The notes under the pieces were generated by a model. That model ran no database searches, was not told the DNA's origin, and saw nothing but the letters and a program-made list of their open reading frames with translations. A DNA stretch of 64,000 nt from a virus (taxonomy: Duplodnaviria > Caudoviricetes). The DNA is taken from IMG/VR virus record IMGVR_UViG_3300028048_000042. One strand, 5' to 3'. Both the position numbers and the translations under genes were made by a program. Shown here one piece after another: positions 9,706 to 20,118 of this stretch (position 1 is the stretch's first letter; each line of letters opens with the position of its first letter).

Positions 9706-10098
9706 ATGAGAATTTATGCAGATGAATACATTGGTAAGAAATATGGAAAATTGACAGTTGTTGCTTATGACCATAGCACAGAAGTAAAAACGGCAACAAG
9801 AACACGTTACACGCATTATTTTAAATTTCGGTGCGAATGCGGAAGAGAAAAAGTTATCAATATCCATAACGTTCTGAGTGGTAGAACGCAAAGTTGTGGA
9901 AAATGCCATAAGGATAAATGGATTGGTGAAAAGGTTGGAAAAACTACCATAGTATCAATCAAAAAGATTGATAACAAGTCTCGATTTGTACTTAAATGTG
10001 ATTGTGGCGAAGTGTTTGATGTTAGTCAGTCAGTTGTATCAATCAACAAAAACAATAAATATTATACTTGCAAAAAGTGCAGGAAGGTTACGAAATGA
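9706..10098 (+). CDS. Zn-binding repeat protein resembling the N-terminal repeats of phage HNH/AP2 endonucleases, no nuclease domain
   Basis: Two repeats GKKYGKLTVV...CECG...SCGKC and GEKVGKTTIV...CDCG...CKKC. Confidence 0.55.
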   Translation: MRIYADEYIGKKYGKLTVVAYDHSTEVKTATRTRYTHYFKFRCECGREKVINIHNVLSGRTQSCGKCHKDKWIGEKVGKTTIVSIKKIDNKSRFVLKCDCGEVFDVSQSVVSINKNNKYYTCKKCRKVTK

Positions 10099-10499
10099 TT
10101 GTATTACTGAGTAATGCCCTTAAAAAATTAAGTAAAAAACATGGCAAAAGAACATTATTAGCAATAGAGAATGCCACAAAAAACAATTTGTGGCACTTAT
10201 TATCGCCTTTAAAAATCTATAAAACAGAAGAAATGTTTGTCGTACAATATAAAAAAGAAATACCCCAATACGCTTTTTTGCCTAGTGATTTTAATAACTC
10301 TTTAAACATTAAGTATACAAATTTTGAAAAAGCAATAAAACGTTTTGGAGGAATGCAATTAGAAGAAAGGATTGGTTATCAAACAGGATTTAAACTTCAA
10401 TTCAAAACTGAAGTAAATGCAAAAAATTTTATAAAATGGTATAATGAGAATGTAGCAAAAAAAGCAAGGTTAATCCTTGCTAGGCATGATGGTGTATAG
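10095..10499 (+). CDS. Hypothetical protein
   Basis: ATGA overlap with the upstream gene. Confidence 0.65.
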   Translation: MIVLLSNALKKLSKKHGKRTLLAIENATKNNLWHLLSPLKIYKTEEMFVVQYKKEIPQYAFLPSDFNNSLNIKYTNFEKAIKRFGGMQLEERIGYQTGFKLQFKTEVNAKNFIKWYNENVAKKARLILARHDGV

Positions 10500-10559
10500 C
10501 GAGACAAAATTGTGTTTCGCTATACATTTTTTTATATTTTGTAATTGGTGGTGGTGTAT

Positions 10560-10835
10560 ATGGTAGGAATAACTGAAGTTATATCAGAGTCAAGGTTTTT
10601 AGCAAATCAAGAGGAATACATGATAGTATATTATGACAGGGAAAAAGATAAAGTGTTCTATAATATCTATCCATTATCTCAATCATACAAACAATACAAC
10701 TACATTGCACAAACCGTAAATTTAAAAACTATATACTTGCTTACTTTATTTTCTCCTTGTTTGAAAACTGAATCTGAGTTACAAAACTTCATAAACGATG
10801 CTATCAAAAATTTTTTGGTGGTAAAAAATTCCTAA
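10560..10835 (+). CDS. Hypothetical protein
   Basis: GGTGGTG RBS-like site. Confidence 0.55.
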   Translation: MVGITEVISESRFLANQEEYMIVYYDREKDKVFYNIYPLSQSYKQYNYIAQTVNLKTIYLLTLFSPCLKTESELQNFINDAIKNFLVVKNS

Positions 10836-10987
10836 ATTTTCAAACTATTTAGGAATTTAACAAAAAAAAGAGGTGTGTCTTGAAAATGCGACATACCTCT
10901 TTTTTGTACTTGTAGAAAAAAGTATTGACATATATAATAATATGCTTTACAATTAATATATAAGTTATTCGATAGGAGGTAGCAAAA

Positions 10988-11170
10988 ATGAGAAATGAAT
11001 GGATTATGAAAAAGGATAGCAAGAGAAAAATGGAGTTGCTGAAAATTCGTGCAAGGCATAGAAAATATCGCCACAAAAAATTCAAATTGTATTTAAAGGG
11101 TTTTGGATATACTTGCCTTTGTGGAATTTGCTTATATTTGCTGATGATTGAACTATACATTATTTTGTAA
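10988..11170 (+). CDS. Small basic protein with C-terminal TM helix (paralog of 50524)
   Basis: KDSKRKMELLKIRA shared with KDSERKIELLKIRA. Confidence 0.7.
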   Translation: MRNEWIMKKDSKRKMELLKIRARHRKYRHKKFKLYLKGFGYTCLCGICLYLLMIELYIIL

Positions 11171-11287
11171 AATGATTTCAATGAAGGGGGATTTTGTCTC
11201 CCTTTTTGTTTTAAATCCTTTTTACAAATTCTTAAATCTTCTGACAATTTAAATCAATATTTTTTTTGTAAAAAAATAAAAAAAGTA

Positions 11288-11398
11288 TTGACATATATCC
11301 TTAAATGGTGTAATATAATAAGTGTCAAGGGGATAAACAAAAAAAACTTAAAAAAGTTTTACAAAAGTGTTGACAAACTTATCCACCTATGATACAAT
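11288..11398 (+). promoter_or_regulatory. Tandem sigmaA promoters
   Basis: TTGACA 11288/TAATAT 11311 and TTGACA 11370/TACAAT 11393, both with 17-bp spacing. Confidence 0.8.
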
Positions 11399-11448
11399 AA
11401 GTACAGTAAAACAAATAACACACAGGAGTTATTAAGGAGGAAATTAAA

Positions 11449-11877
11449 ATGGAAATGGCAGTAGTTGAAAACAAGGTAGTTCTTGAACAGGCAAAGGCAG
11501 AAAAAATGCTCAAACAGTTGGCAAGCATTAGAGCACAGAAAAATGCCCTCGCAAATGAGGAAAAAAAGCTGATGGCAGAGATTAAGGAAATGGGCGTGTT
11601 CGACTTTTCCGATTACAACAAAGAACAGTTTGTAGGCGAAACTATTATCGCCAACAAAGTACCTTACTTGACAGGTACGCATTATGACCTTGAAAAGGTT
11701 CGCAAGTTGCTTGCAAGTCTGAAACTGAAACGCACCGATTACATTCACAAGGAATACAAATATGTCGTTGATGATAAGGCAATGCAGAGCCTTGTGGACA
11801 ATGACCTTGTACCACAGGAACTCATTGATAGCATGGCAATCAGAGGTAACAAGCTGACTGTTAAAATCGTTGGCTAA
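11449..11877 (+). CDS. Hypothetical protein, N-terminal coiled coil
   Basis: Tandem promoters, AAGGAGG RBS, terminator. Confidence 0.8.
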   Translation: MEMAVVENKVVLEQAKAEKMLKQLASIRAQKNALANEEKKLMAEIKEMGVFDFSDYNKEQFVGETIIANKVPYLTGTHYDLEKVRKLLASLKLKRTDYIHKEYKYVVDDKAMQSLVDNDLVPQELIDSMAIRGNKLTVKIVG

Positions 11878-12171
11878 CAAAAAGGGAGAAGGAAAAACCT
11901 TCTCCCTTTTTTATTGTCTTTTTGCTTAGTAGGTAACAAATTCCTAAATTTTCAAACTATTTAGGAATTTACTGAACATATCAGCGGTGAATTGTCAGAC
12001 AATTCATGATACTTTTTGTATGGTTTTTTAGGTATTTGTTTTGCACTTTGCTATGTTTTATACGCAACAACAAGAAAACCCTGCTTACAGGCTGAATATG
12101 AGCGTTATATGAAGGGATATTATTTCTTTATATGTGTGAAAATTTTTATATAGAAAAATATAAAAAAGGTA

Positions 12172-12288
12172 TTGACATACATGCCAATATGCTGTAATAT
12201 AATATATGTCAGCAGGGAACAAACAAAAAAATCCCTTCTGAAAAAATCAAAAAATAGTATTGACATAGATACAAAGCTATGATATACT
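12172..12288 (+). promoter_or_regulatory. Tandem sigmaA promoters
   Basis: TTGACA 12172/TAATAT 12195 and TTGACA 12260/TATACT 12283. Confidence 0.8.
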
Positions 12289-12352
12289 ATAAGAGAAGTC
12301 AAGGAAAACACGATTTAGCCAATAAGAGCTAAAATCAATGGAGGTTTTAATT

Positions 12353-13036
12353 ATGAGCAACAACAATGTAAAAATCCGTTTCGTAGGTATGAGCAAGAAT
12401 AGCAAAACAGGTATGATTAGTCAGACCTACACCACTTGCAATACCTGCCCTACACGTTGTCCCTTTGCAAAAAATGGTTGCTATGCAAAACAAGGTCACG
12501 TTCGCTTTATTTGGGATAAAACGGATAATGTCGGTGTAGCACCAAAAGACCTTAAAAAGGTTATTGATAGCACTCCACATACAAACATTGTACGCCATAA
12601 CGTTGCAGGCGATATAGCAAAAGAAGGTACTAGCGATATTGATGTAAAACTTGTCAATGAACTTATAAAGGCGTATAGTGGATTAAAAGCCTATACCTAC
12701 ACTCATTGTGCGGTCACGGAAAAAAATCTTACCATTGCCAAAAAAGCCATTGAAAAAGGTTTTGTAATCAATTTTTCAACCGAGAATCTCACTCTTGCAA
12801 AAAAAGCACATGAAGCAGGCGTACCCGTTGTTATTGCTTGTAATACCATTCACGCTAACACTGTTAGAAAAGATGGTTTAACTATTCAGCGTTGTCCTGC
12901 AACGCTTGACAAAGGTATTACTTGTGCGACTTGTGGCAAGTGTTGGAATAAAAAGCGTAAATCTGTTATCGCTTTCCCTGTTCATGGAGCAGGTAAGAAA
13001 AAAGCAATAAATGCAGGTTTCCTTGCAGACCTGTAA
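12353..13036 (+). CDS. Cys-rich GP88-like / radical-SAM-related phage protein
   Basis: NSKTG, TCPxxCP...CYA, RHNVAGD, YTYTH, CPA...TCxxCxxC motifs. Confidence 0.6.
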   Translation: MSNNNVKIRFVGMSKNSKTGMISQTYTTCNTCPTRCPFAKNGCYAKQGHVRFIWDKTDNVGVAPKDLKKVIDSTPHTNIVRHNVAGDIAKEGTSDIDVKLVNELIKAYSGLKAYTYTHCAVTEKNLTIAKKAIEKGFVINFSTENLTLAKKAHEAGVPVVIACNTIHANTVRKDGLTIQRCPATLDKGITCATCGKCWNKKRKSVIAFPVHGAGKKKAINAGFLADL

Positions 13037-13190
13037 AAACAAAGGGAAGGGAAAACCTTCCCTTTTATACTTTATCTAAAATTGTCAGAAAATTTGCAGC
13101 ATTTTTAATATTTAGGAATTTATTCAAAAATATTTTTAATATTCGTATTGACATAGCATGTAATTTATAGTAATATAATTAAAGGGAGGT

Positions 13191-14300
13191 ATGAAAATGA
13201 AAATAAACGTTAATACCGCAAACTACTTTGAATTTATTAAATTGATAAAAGAATATTGTGAATACGTTGTAAAAGAACGAAACAAATCTTGTATAAATAG
13301 TAAAAATGTGCTTGTAGGAGGATTTACTAAAGAATTATATACATTATCTTATAATAATCAATTAGAACGTATAGAAGTTCTTGAGGATAGGTCAAATACA
13401 TTTGAATGCTTGTATATTCGTGACAATATTGTTTTTACAACAATAGACTGTTTAGTAGAATTACCTGCGCATTTTGAACGAGATAATAATTTCAAATTGT
13501 GTAATATGAATAACCATACACAATTTGAAAAATATGCACTAAAATCTTTTTGCGATAAAATAACACATAATATGATAAACCGTTATCCATCATTATATGT
13601 ATTAAAAACAGAATTAGAATTTGTTTATCAAAAAAATATGTCGCAAATTTCTTTCTACAATGATTTATCATCAATGAAACACTTTATTTATGGTATGCTT
13701 GCAAATGGAAAAACAGTTTATGATATTTGCTATTCCATTGCAGGTAATAAAGGCATTGGTTCTGTAAAAAATTATGAGATGCTATATCCCGAAGCATTAT
13801 TAGGACAAATTTTCTCAGAAAAAAATTTATATAACAATCTTTTATTAGTTACATACTACTATTATTTATATTGTACTGAAAATCCTGTAAGTGAACAAGA
13901 GAAAAATCAATACAAATATATTGATAAAAGTATTGATAAAATTCACGAACAATTTAAATTAGGCAAAATGAAATCTGTTACAATTTCATATGATGTGAAT
14001 AAATTAAAAGAAACAATAAGGAAAATTATGGTACAACAAATTTCTTTGCGTATGGCAAATGAACGGAATTGTACAGACAAAATTTTACCTGTTAAACAGT
14101 ATTTTGATAATATCAATAGTGATGTGTTTAGCTTTACGATAAAGGCTGATTGTGATTGTCTTGTGGAATATTCTACTTATGTATGGCATCAAGCATGTTT
14201 AAACAGATTGGGTTTTGTCCCATATGGATTTAATATTTTTCAAAACCTATCAGACATAAAAGGTTTTTATTATCGCAAAAAAAATGTATTGGACAAATAA
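13191..14300 (+). CDS. Hypothetical protein, family A (paralogs 23424, 59114, 37717)
   Basis: KSVTISYD...YYRKKNV C-terminal pattern shared. Confidence 0.75.
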   Translation: MKMKINVNTANYFEFIKLIKEYCEYVVKERNKSCINSKNVLVGGFTKELYTLSYNNQLERIEVLEDRSNTFECLYIRDNIVFTTIDCLVELPAHFERDNNFKLCNMNNHTQFEKYALKSFCDKITHNMINRYPSLYVLKTELEFVYQKNMSQISFYNDLSSMKHFIYGMLANGKTVYDICYSIAGNKGIGSVKNYEMLYPEALLGQIFSEKNLYNNLLLVTYYYYLYCTENPVSEQEKNQYKYIDKSIDKIHEQFKLGKMKSVTISYDVNKLKETIRKIMVQQISLRMANERNCTDKILPVKQYFDNINSDVFSFTIKADCDCLVEYSTYVWHQACLNRLGFVPYGFNIFQNLSDIKGFYYRKKNVLDK

Positions 14301-14446
14301 TGGCAGGGATTTTCCCTGCTTTTTTTTTGCATTCTATTAAATTCCTAAATAGTCAGAAAATTTAGGAATTTAAGCAAGTATAAAATTGATTTTTTGAACT
14401 ATAATGTAATTGTAGGAATGAAAAAAGAATATGTGAGGTGTAGAAT

Positions 14447-14659
14447 ATGAAAGTACGATTGTACAAAAAAGTAGCCAATGAAAAGGAAATCCTAGATGAA
14501 AAAGTTGTTATCAAGACTTCCAAAAATGCTGATGACATTATGGTATACCACTTAGACAGTTATTTCTTTACTCCCTATATTACAGATGTTGTTTACGAAA
14601 ATCGTTTAAATGAATGGTTCACTGTAAACGATAATGAATATCTTTTTGAAATTAAATAA
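14447..14659 (+). CDS. Hypothetical protein
   Basis: GAGGTG RBS, promoter upstream. Confidence 0.65.
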   Translation: MKVRLYKKVANEKEILDEKVVIKTSKNADDIMVYHLDSYFFTPYITDVVYENRLNEWFTVNDNEYLFEIK

Positions 14660-14725
14660 AGTATTGACAAACTCCTGAAATTGTGATATTATTATATCAA
14701 TCAAAAAAACAGGAGGTTTTTTATT

Positions 14726-15061
14726 ATGGATGTATATCAGAATTATTGCAAATGTAAAGAGCTTTTGGGTGAACTTCAGTATCTCAGTTCTCGGAAAAGA
14801 CAGAAAGAACGTCAACTTGTAAGTGACTATGCATTGGATAGTGGGTCAAAGAATGAACTCGCAAAAAGAATAAATAGCATCAAACATGCTAATGTTCTTG
14901 ACGGCTATAGCGATGTAATGAAGAGAGAAATTGCAATCATGAAAACTTTAACCGTTAACGAATTGGCTTTCGTTCCGTGGACTCCTGATAAGTATTTTAA
15001 TGCAGGCGTTGCGAATGGTCGCAAGAATTTAAATTCTGCAATTACAATTTTTGGTGATTGA
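14726..15061 (+). CDS. Hypothetical protein
   Basis: Promoter and AGGAGG RBS. Confidence 0.75.
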   Translation: MDVYQNYCKCKELLGELQYLSSRKRQKERQLVSDYALDSGSKNELAKRINSIKHANVLDGYSDVMKREIAIMKTLTVNELAFVPWTPDKYFNAGVANGRKNLNSAITIFGD

Positions 15062-15843
15062 TTATGAAAATGTCCATGCCTGAAATTTGGAGGGAAGATG
15101 ACACCTTTGTTGGATATAAATTGCAAGAAGGTGGAGCAAGCGAACACGAATGGGGAATTGATGATTTAGCACGTTGTTTTGGCATATGGAATTGTAACCA
15201 TTGTGGCAAAAAAGAAGTAATTAATTCATTAAATCCCACTCTCTACAAAGAAGATGATTATATACCCTTATTGGGTATTGAAGGGAATACTGTTCATATT
15301 AATGATTTGTCGGATATTAAAAAAGCTGATACAAGAACACCGAATGTGTATTATATTTACGGAGCGTTGAGTTGGTTGGGGGAATACAAGCCTAATCAAT
15401 CGTTGATGAATTCAATAGATTTTTTCAACAAAAAGAGATGCGCAGAATGGTCACAGGCAGGATTTTGTATCGTAGATAAATCCTTAAAAAAGTTACAACG
15501 GATTAAACAAGCATTTGATGAAGGTGATGCGATAATCCGTTATCACACAGAATTTTCTGAAAAAGCTCATGATACTTCTTTGGTTATAGCAATTAAATCA
15601 AAAATCCCTCAAAAGGTAAAGTCTTTATGGTATAAAATTGATGAATATAATTATAATGCATGGTCAGCATTGTTTCAAACAAACCTTGTGAATAAGGTGA
15701 AGTTTCCTATGAATGACCTGTTTCCATTCTTAACAAAAAAGAACAAACTGCTTGTGCTATATAATCGAAAATGGTATACTGTACAGGAGTTAAATGATGT
15801 ATTGGACGAGGTGAAACAGGTTGGCAACATTCGAGCAAATTAA
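15058..15843 (+). CDS. Hypothetical protein
   Basis: 261-aa ORF coupled to the upstream gene. Confidence 0.7.
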   Translation: MIMKMSMPEIWREDDTFVGYKLQEGGASEHEWGIDDLARCFGIWNCNHCGKKEVINSLNPTLYKEDDYIPLLGIEGNTVHINDLSDIKKADTRTPNVYYIYGALSWLGEYKPNQSLMNSIDFFNKKRCAEWSQAGFCIVDKSLKKLQRIKQAFDEGDAIIRYHTEFSEKAHDTSLVIAIKSKIPQKVKSLWYKIDEYNYNAWSALFQTNLVNKVKFPMNDLFPFLTKKNKLLVLYNRKWYTVQELNDVLDEVKQVGNIRAN

Positions 15844-16216
15844 AAACAATTTAAAAATTCATTATTGCGAAATGGATTGGGAACGTTTTGAAGAATTAAA
15901 AAAAATGGTTGTAGATAATTCTGTACCTATTAAAAAAGTCAATCAGGTCAGAATTGAGTTTAAATATCATAGAATGTATTTATATACTAATCGTGAAAAC
16001 GGCAAAGCATATATTGAAGTAGAGTGTTTCCCTTGCAACAAATTTTCGTTATGTCCTCATAAGTTTTATTATGAAAAGGATGTAAGAAATCTAACTTACA
16101 ACGAATTTATGAATTTGTTGTATATTGACTTAGCAAACACATTGGTATATGATTTGTCACAAAAGGCAATCACAGAAAAACAAGCATTATCGCTTGCATA
16201 TAATCGTAATGAATAA
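15821..16216 (+). CDS. Hypothetical protein
   Basis: GAGGTG RBS before TTG; terminator follows. Confidence 0.65.
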   Translation: MATFEQIKNNLKIHYCEMDWERFEELKKMVVDNSVPIKKVNQVRIEFKYHRMYLYTNRENGKAYIEVECFPCNKFSLCPHKFYYEKDVRNLTYNEFMNLLYIDLANTLVYDLSQKAITEKQALSLAYNRNE

Positions 16217-16347
16217 TGGGAAGAAAATCTCCCCATTATTTTTTTCTTACGATAAAAATTCCTAAACTTTCAGATAATTTAGGAATATAATAAATAGATG
16301 AAAGCGAATAATATATATATTTGAATATTGTAAGGAGTGATAGCTTT

Positions 16348-16791
16348 ATGAAATTTGTTCCATACAAAAACAATTTATCTGATTTGATAGCAGAAAATAA
16401 AATTGAACCATTTGCAGTGGGAATGTTGGTGGCTCTTGCAGATAGAATACAAAAGGATATAAACCAATTGATTTTAGATACTACAATAGATAAAATCATT
16501 AGGGATAATTACAGGGCTTTAACCATTTCTGAAAATATCATTGATAATTCGGTTGTGGAATATTTCTTAATCATTACACAAAATATTAAACAGGTATGGT
16601 ATAACAAACCTTTTTCTAAGCAAGATGGTTTTGATTTCTTCTATAATCTAATCAGAGCAGATTGGAGTGAAGATGTAGATTCTTCACAAGAATTTATCTA
16701 TGAAGAATACAATAAGACTTTTGCAAAGTCAACACCGCTTTTGCAACTCATTGACGAAAAAGGCGAAACTCTTTACAAAATCATTTTTTAA
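16348..16791 (+). CDS. Hypothetical protein, family B (paralog of 20760; distantly 33404, 47689)
   Basis: IEPFAVGMLVALAD vs IEPFCYGMLEGLAD; GFDFFYNL vs GFNFFNEL. Confidence 0.72.
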   Translation: MKFVPYKNNLSDLIAENKIEPFAVGMLVALADRIQKDINQLILDTTIDKIIRDNYRALTISENIIDNSVVEYFLIITQNIKQVWYNKPFSKQDGFDFFYNLIRADWSEDVDSSQEFIYEEYNKTFAKSTPLLQLIDEKGETLYKIIF

Positions 16792-16806
16792 ATGTGGTGG
16801 TATATC

Positions 16807-17133
16807 GTGCCAACAATTGAGAGTTTTGAAATGTTGTATACTTATCAAAGGGATTTATTGACCCAAAAAGTACAACTAGCAGTAATTGAAACCTATTTGA
16901 CTTTTTTGGACAAAGATTCGCAAGAATGGAAAATAGTTCAAAAGTTATATGAAGATTACTTAAAAATCATCAAAGAAAAAACAGAATTGATACTATTGTA
17001 TTTGAGCAATCATCAGTTGTCTAAGATTCAAACGTTTGAAATTTTTCTCATTACACCAAACAACAATGTAGCAGACAAGATGTATTCTTACATTAATTCA
17101 TTAGTTAAAGGCGATAATTTTGTTTTTGATTAA
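16807..17133 (+). CDS. Hypothetical protein
   Basis: GTGGTGG RBS-like site before GTG. Confidence 0.55.
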   Translation: MPTIESFEMLYTYQRDLLTQKVQLAVIETYLTFLDKDSQEWKIVQKLYEDYLKIIKEKTELILLYLSNHQLSKIQTFEIFLITPNNNVADKMYSYINSLVKGDNFVFD

Positions 17134-17309
17134 TTGGAACACAAAAGCGGTAATAGAAAGGTAGCTATTTTGCTGCCTTTTTTAAATTCCTAAATGTTCA
17201 GACAATTCGTTATGAAAAATAGTCAAAAAAAGTATTGACATGCGCATAAAAAAGAGTATAATATAAGTATAAATTGATTTTGATGGTTATCCAATAGGAG
17301 GTAATAAAA

Positions 17310-17957
17310 ATGTATATCGTAACGGTTCAATTGTCAGCTTATAATAGTGAATGTGGTAATGTGAAATTCTATGGTTATCGGAACAAAGAGAACGCCATGA
17401 AAGCATTTGAAACTTATGTCAATAAATATTTGGATGAATTGAGATTTGCGCCGATTGACTTTAAAACTTTACCAAAAGATATGACAGAACACGAATTGAA
17501 TAATCGCGCAACTTTTTGGTACAATTATTACGAAAAAAAATGCGAAAGAAATTTCATCCTAAGTGGAGAAAATACTTTTGGCGATTGTTTTGAAGTCTAT
17601 TTAAATAAAGTTGATGGAGATAATGTATATGTAGTTTGTGATGATTGTACATATGTAGATGATATAAACGATGTGTATTTGAACTTTTATACAGATGAAG
17701 AAACAACAATATTAAACTTTTCGCAATTTTGTATGCAAGCATTGGATTATTTTGATATTGACAATGATTATATCAAATCACAAAACAAAACTTGCGAAAC
17801 GATTTTTAATGAACTCCTAAAAGAAAAAGAACTTGAAACGAAGAATGTATATGATGATACATTGTATTTAGAACGTTATGGCGAAAATGAATTTGGAGTT
17901 GCAGATGATGAAAACAAGGAATTTATTTTTTGTCAAAAAGTAAATTGTGTAGACTAA
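17310..17957 (+). CDS. Acidic hypothetical protein with internal duplication
   Basis: LSGENTFG / RYGENEFG repeated; promoter, RBS and terminator. Confidence 0.75.
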   Translation: MYIVTVQLSAYNSECGNVKFYGYRNKENAMKAFETYVNKYLDELRFAPIDFKTLPKDMTEHELNNRATFWYNYYEKKCERNFILSGENTFGDCFEVYLNKVDGDNVYVVCDDCTYVDDINDVYLNFYTDEETTILNFSQFCMQALDYFDIDNDYIKSQNKTCETIFNELLKEKELETKNVYDDTLYLERYGENEFGVADDENKEFIFCQKVNCVD

Positions 17958-18075
17958 AAAAAAGGGGGGGAATATTCCCCTTTTTTTTACAAAAAACATT
18001 GACATACATAACAACATTTAGTATAATATTAAATGTAGGAAATAGTAAAAAAGAAACTATTTGGAGGTTTAATTT

Positions 18076-19158
18076 ATGAAAGTTTTATCGTTATTTAGTG
18101 GAATTGGTGCTTTTGAAAAAGCGTTGGAAAAACAGAATATTCCTTATGAATTGGTTAATTATTGTGAAATAGATAGTTATGCAGGAAAAGCATATTCAAT
18201 CATTCACAACGAATCGGAGGATAAAAACCTTAAAGATGTTTGTACTGTAAATGTGACAGGCGATATAGATTTGCTTGTGCATGGTTCTCCTTGTCAGTCT
18301 GTTTCCATTGCAGGCAAGCAGGAAGGGGCGGTCAAAGGTAGTGGCACTCGTTCCGCATTGATTTATGAATCTATGCGAATTATCCAAAACACTATGCCGA
18401 AGGTTATTGTATATGAAAATGTAAAAAACCTTCTGTCTAGCAAACATGCTCCTGTTTTTGAAGATTATTTGCAGACTTTGGAAAACTTGGGATATAAAAA
18501 CTCTTTCAAGGTTCTCAATTCGAAAGACTTTGGCGTTGCGCAAAATCGTGAACGAATTTTCGTTGTGTCGGTTTTGGGAGAACAGGAATTTGTTTTCACA
18601 GACCACAATCCTGTTAGACAGACATTAAAGGAAGTTGTTGAACCTGTCGAAGATGTAGCAGACAAGTATTACCTTAAAGATGAATATATTCAGTCTTATG
18701 TAATTAATACAATCCAATACAAACCTGAAAATATTATGAAGGTTGGAACAATTCTCGGCATGAATGGGCATGATATTTTAAAAAGAGTTTATAGTCAGCT
18801 TGGCATTGCTCCTACGCTTACCACAGGTGTAACAGGCAATTCTATTCCCAAAATTATTGCATTGCGTGGTAGACCTCATAATGGGAAAAATTATCAAATG
18901 CTTGAACCACAGGCAGGAGATTTTTCGAACACGTTGACTACTTTCACAAAAGACAATCTTTGTGCAGATGGAATCAGTATTCGAAAACTAACACCTTTGG
19001 AATATTTCAGATTGCAGGGTTTTGATGACAATGACTATTTTAAATTGAGAGAAAACAAATTCTCAGATAGTCAAATGTATAAAATGCTAGGCAATTCCAT
19101 TACTGTCAATGTACTTGAATATATTTTCAAAAATCTCAAAAAGCAGAACTTAATTTAA
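18076..19158 (+). CDS. dcm: DNA (cytosine-5) methyltransferase, orphan
   Basis: LSLFSGIG (motif I), GSPCQ (IV), ENVKNL (VI), QNRERIF (VIII), LGNSI (X); promoter TTGACA 17999/TATAAT 18022. Confidence 0.95.
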   Translation: MKVLSLFSGIGAFEKALEKQNIPYELVNYCEIDSYAGKAYSIIHNESEDKNLKDVCTVNVTGDIDLLVHGSPCQSVSIAGKQEGAVKGSGTRSALIYESMRIIQNTMPKVIVYENVKNLLSSKHAPVFEDYLQTLENLGYKNSFKVLNSKDFGVAQNRERIFVVSVLGEQEFVFTDHNPVRQTLKEVVEPVEDVADKYYLKDEYIQSYVINTIQYKPENIMKVGTILGMNGHDILKRVYSQLGIAPTLTTGVTGNSIPKIIALRGRPHNGKNYQMLEPQAGDFSNTLTTFTKDNLCADGISIRKLTPLEYFRLQGFDDNDYFKLRENKFSDSQMYKMLGNSITVNVLEYIFKNLKKQNLI

Positions 19159-19242
19159 TTCTTATATCCTGCCATAATTGGCAGGATATAATTTTGTGTA
19201 AAATAATCAGACTGTTTAGGAATTTTAAAAGGGGATTTTACA

Positions 19243-19641
19243 ATGTTTGTTATCGTTATGATAATCTTGATTATATATTTGTTCTGCTATTTGTTGTTCA
19301 ATTGTGATGACAAAATATATATGATATATGACGAAAAAGAAAAGGTTATTAAATATGTTGAAGAAAAAGATTTGACAAACGTACAAAAGTATTATCTTTC
19401 TCACAATCCATACGAATACACATACAGTTCCACAAACAATACAGAAACCTTGTATATGGTTGTTTGTGAGCAATCAAATTTGTGTTATTGGTGCGATTGG
19501 GAGAATTTAACACGAGAACAAAAACAGTTTTTAAATCAAAGAGAACAATATGTAAACACCTTAAACAAAAACAAAACATGGATTTATGGAAAAATGAAAT
19601 GCGGATTGGTTGATTGGATTGAAGAACCTACAAATTCATAA
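19243..19641 (+). CDS. Hypothetical protein with N-terminal membrane anchor
   Basis: Hydrophobic first 20 residues. Confidence 0.6.
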   Translation: MFVIVMIILIIYLFCYLLFNCDDKIYMIYDEKEKVIKYVEEKDLTNVQKYYLSHNPYEYTYSSTNNTETLYMVVCEQSNLCYWCDWENLTREQKQFLNQREQYVNTLNKNKTWIYGKMKCGLVDWIEEPTNS

Positions 19642-19794
19642 ATGTTCAGATTATTTAGGAATTTAGTAAAAAAGCCTGTAATATTACAGGCTTTTATGTT
19701 TGGTTATTTAAAAAAAATGTTGACAAAATAAGAAAATGGGTATATAATTAATTTGTAAAACAAATAAAGCCAATACAACAGGAGGTTGGTAAAA

Positions 19795-20115
19795 ATGAAA
19801 AAAGCGATTTTGAAACCGTGTGAGAATTGCATGAAAAACGGTTATGATGATGAATGCTATTGTGTGGGTTTTCATTGTGGTTCGCTTATAATGCAGAATG
19901 ATAACATGTATGTTCTTCTAACCACTTCAGATGATGAAATCCTTGCACCTGTTGGAGTGTCAGATAATGACATGCTTGTTGCAGTTATCCCTGCACATGA
20001 AGAACTTTGTGCGGAAGTGGTTGCAATTCCGCTAACAACTATGGGAATGTGTAATGAGTGTGACGAGGAAAAGCCATTAAGCGAATTTGTAGAAATTGTT
20101 GATATTGAGGTGTAA
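19795..20115 (+). CDS. Acidic Cys-rich hypothetical protein
   Basis: CxxC motifs; promoter and RBS. Confidence 0.7.
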   Translation: MKKAILKPCENCMKNGYDDECYCVGFHCGSLIMQNDNMYVLLTTSDDEILAPVGVSDNDMLVAVIPAHEELCAEVVAIPLTTMGMCNECDEEKPLSEFVEIVDIEV

Positions 20116-20118
20116 ACA

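Noticed and set aside
11449-11877. Mu Gam-like host-nuclease inhibitor
   Set aside because: Only a general coiled-coil plus small-domain resemblance; no diagnostic motif.
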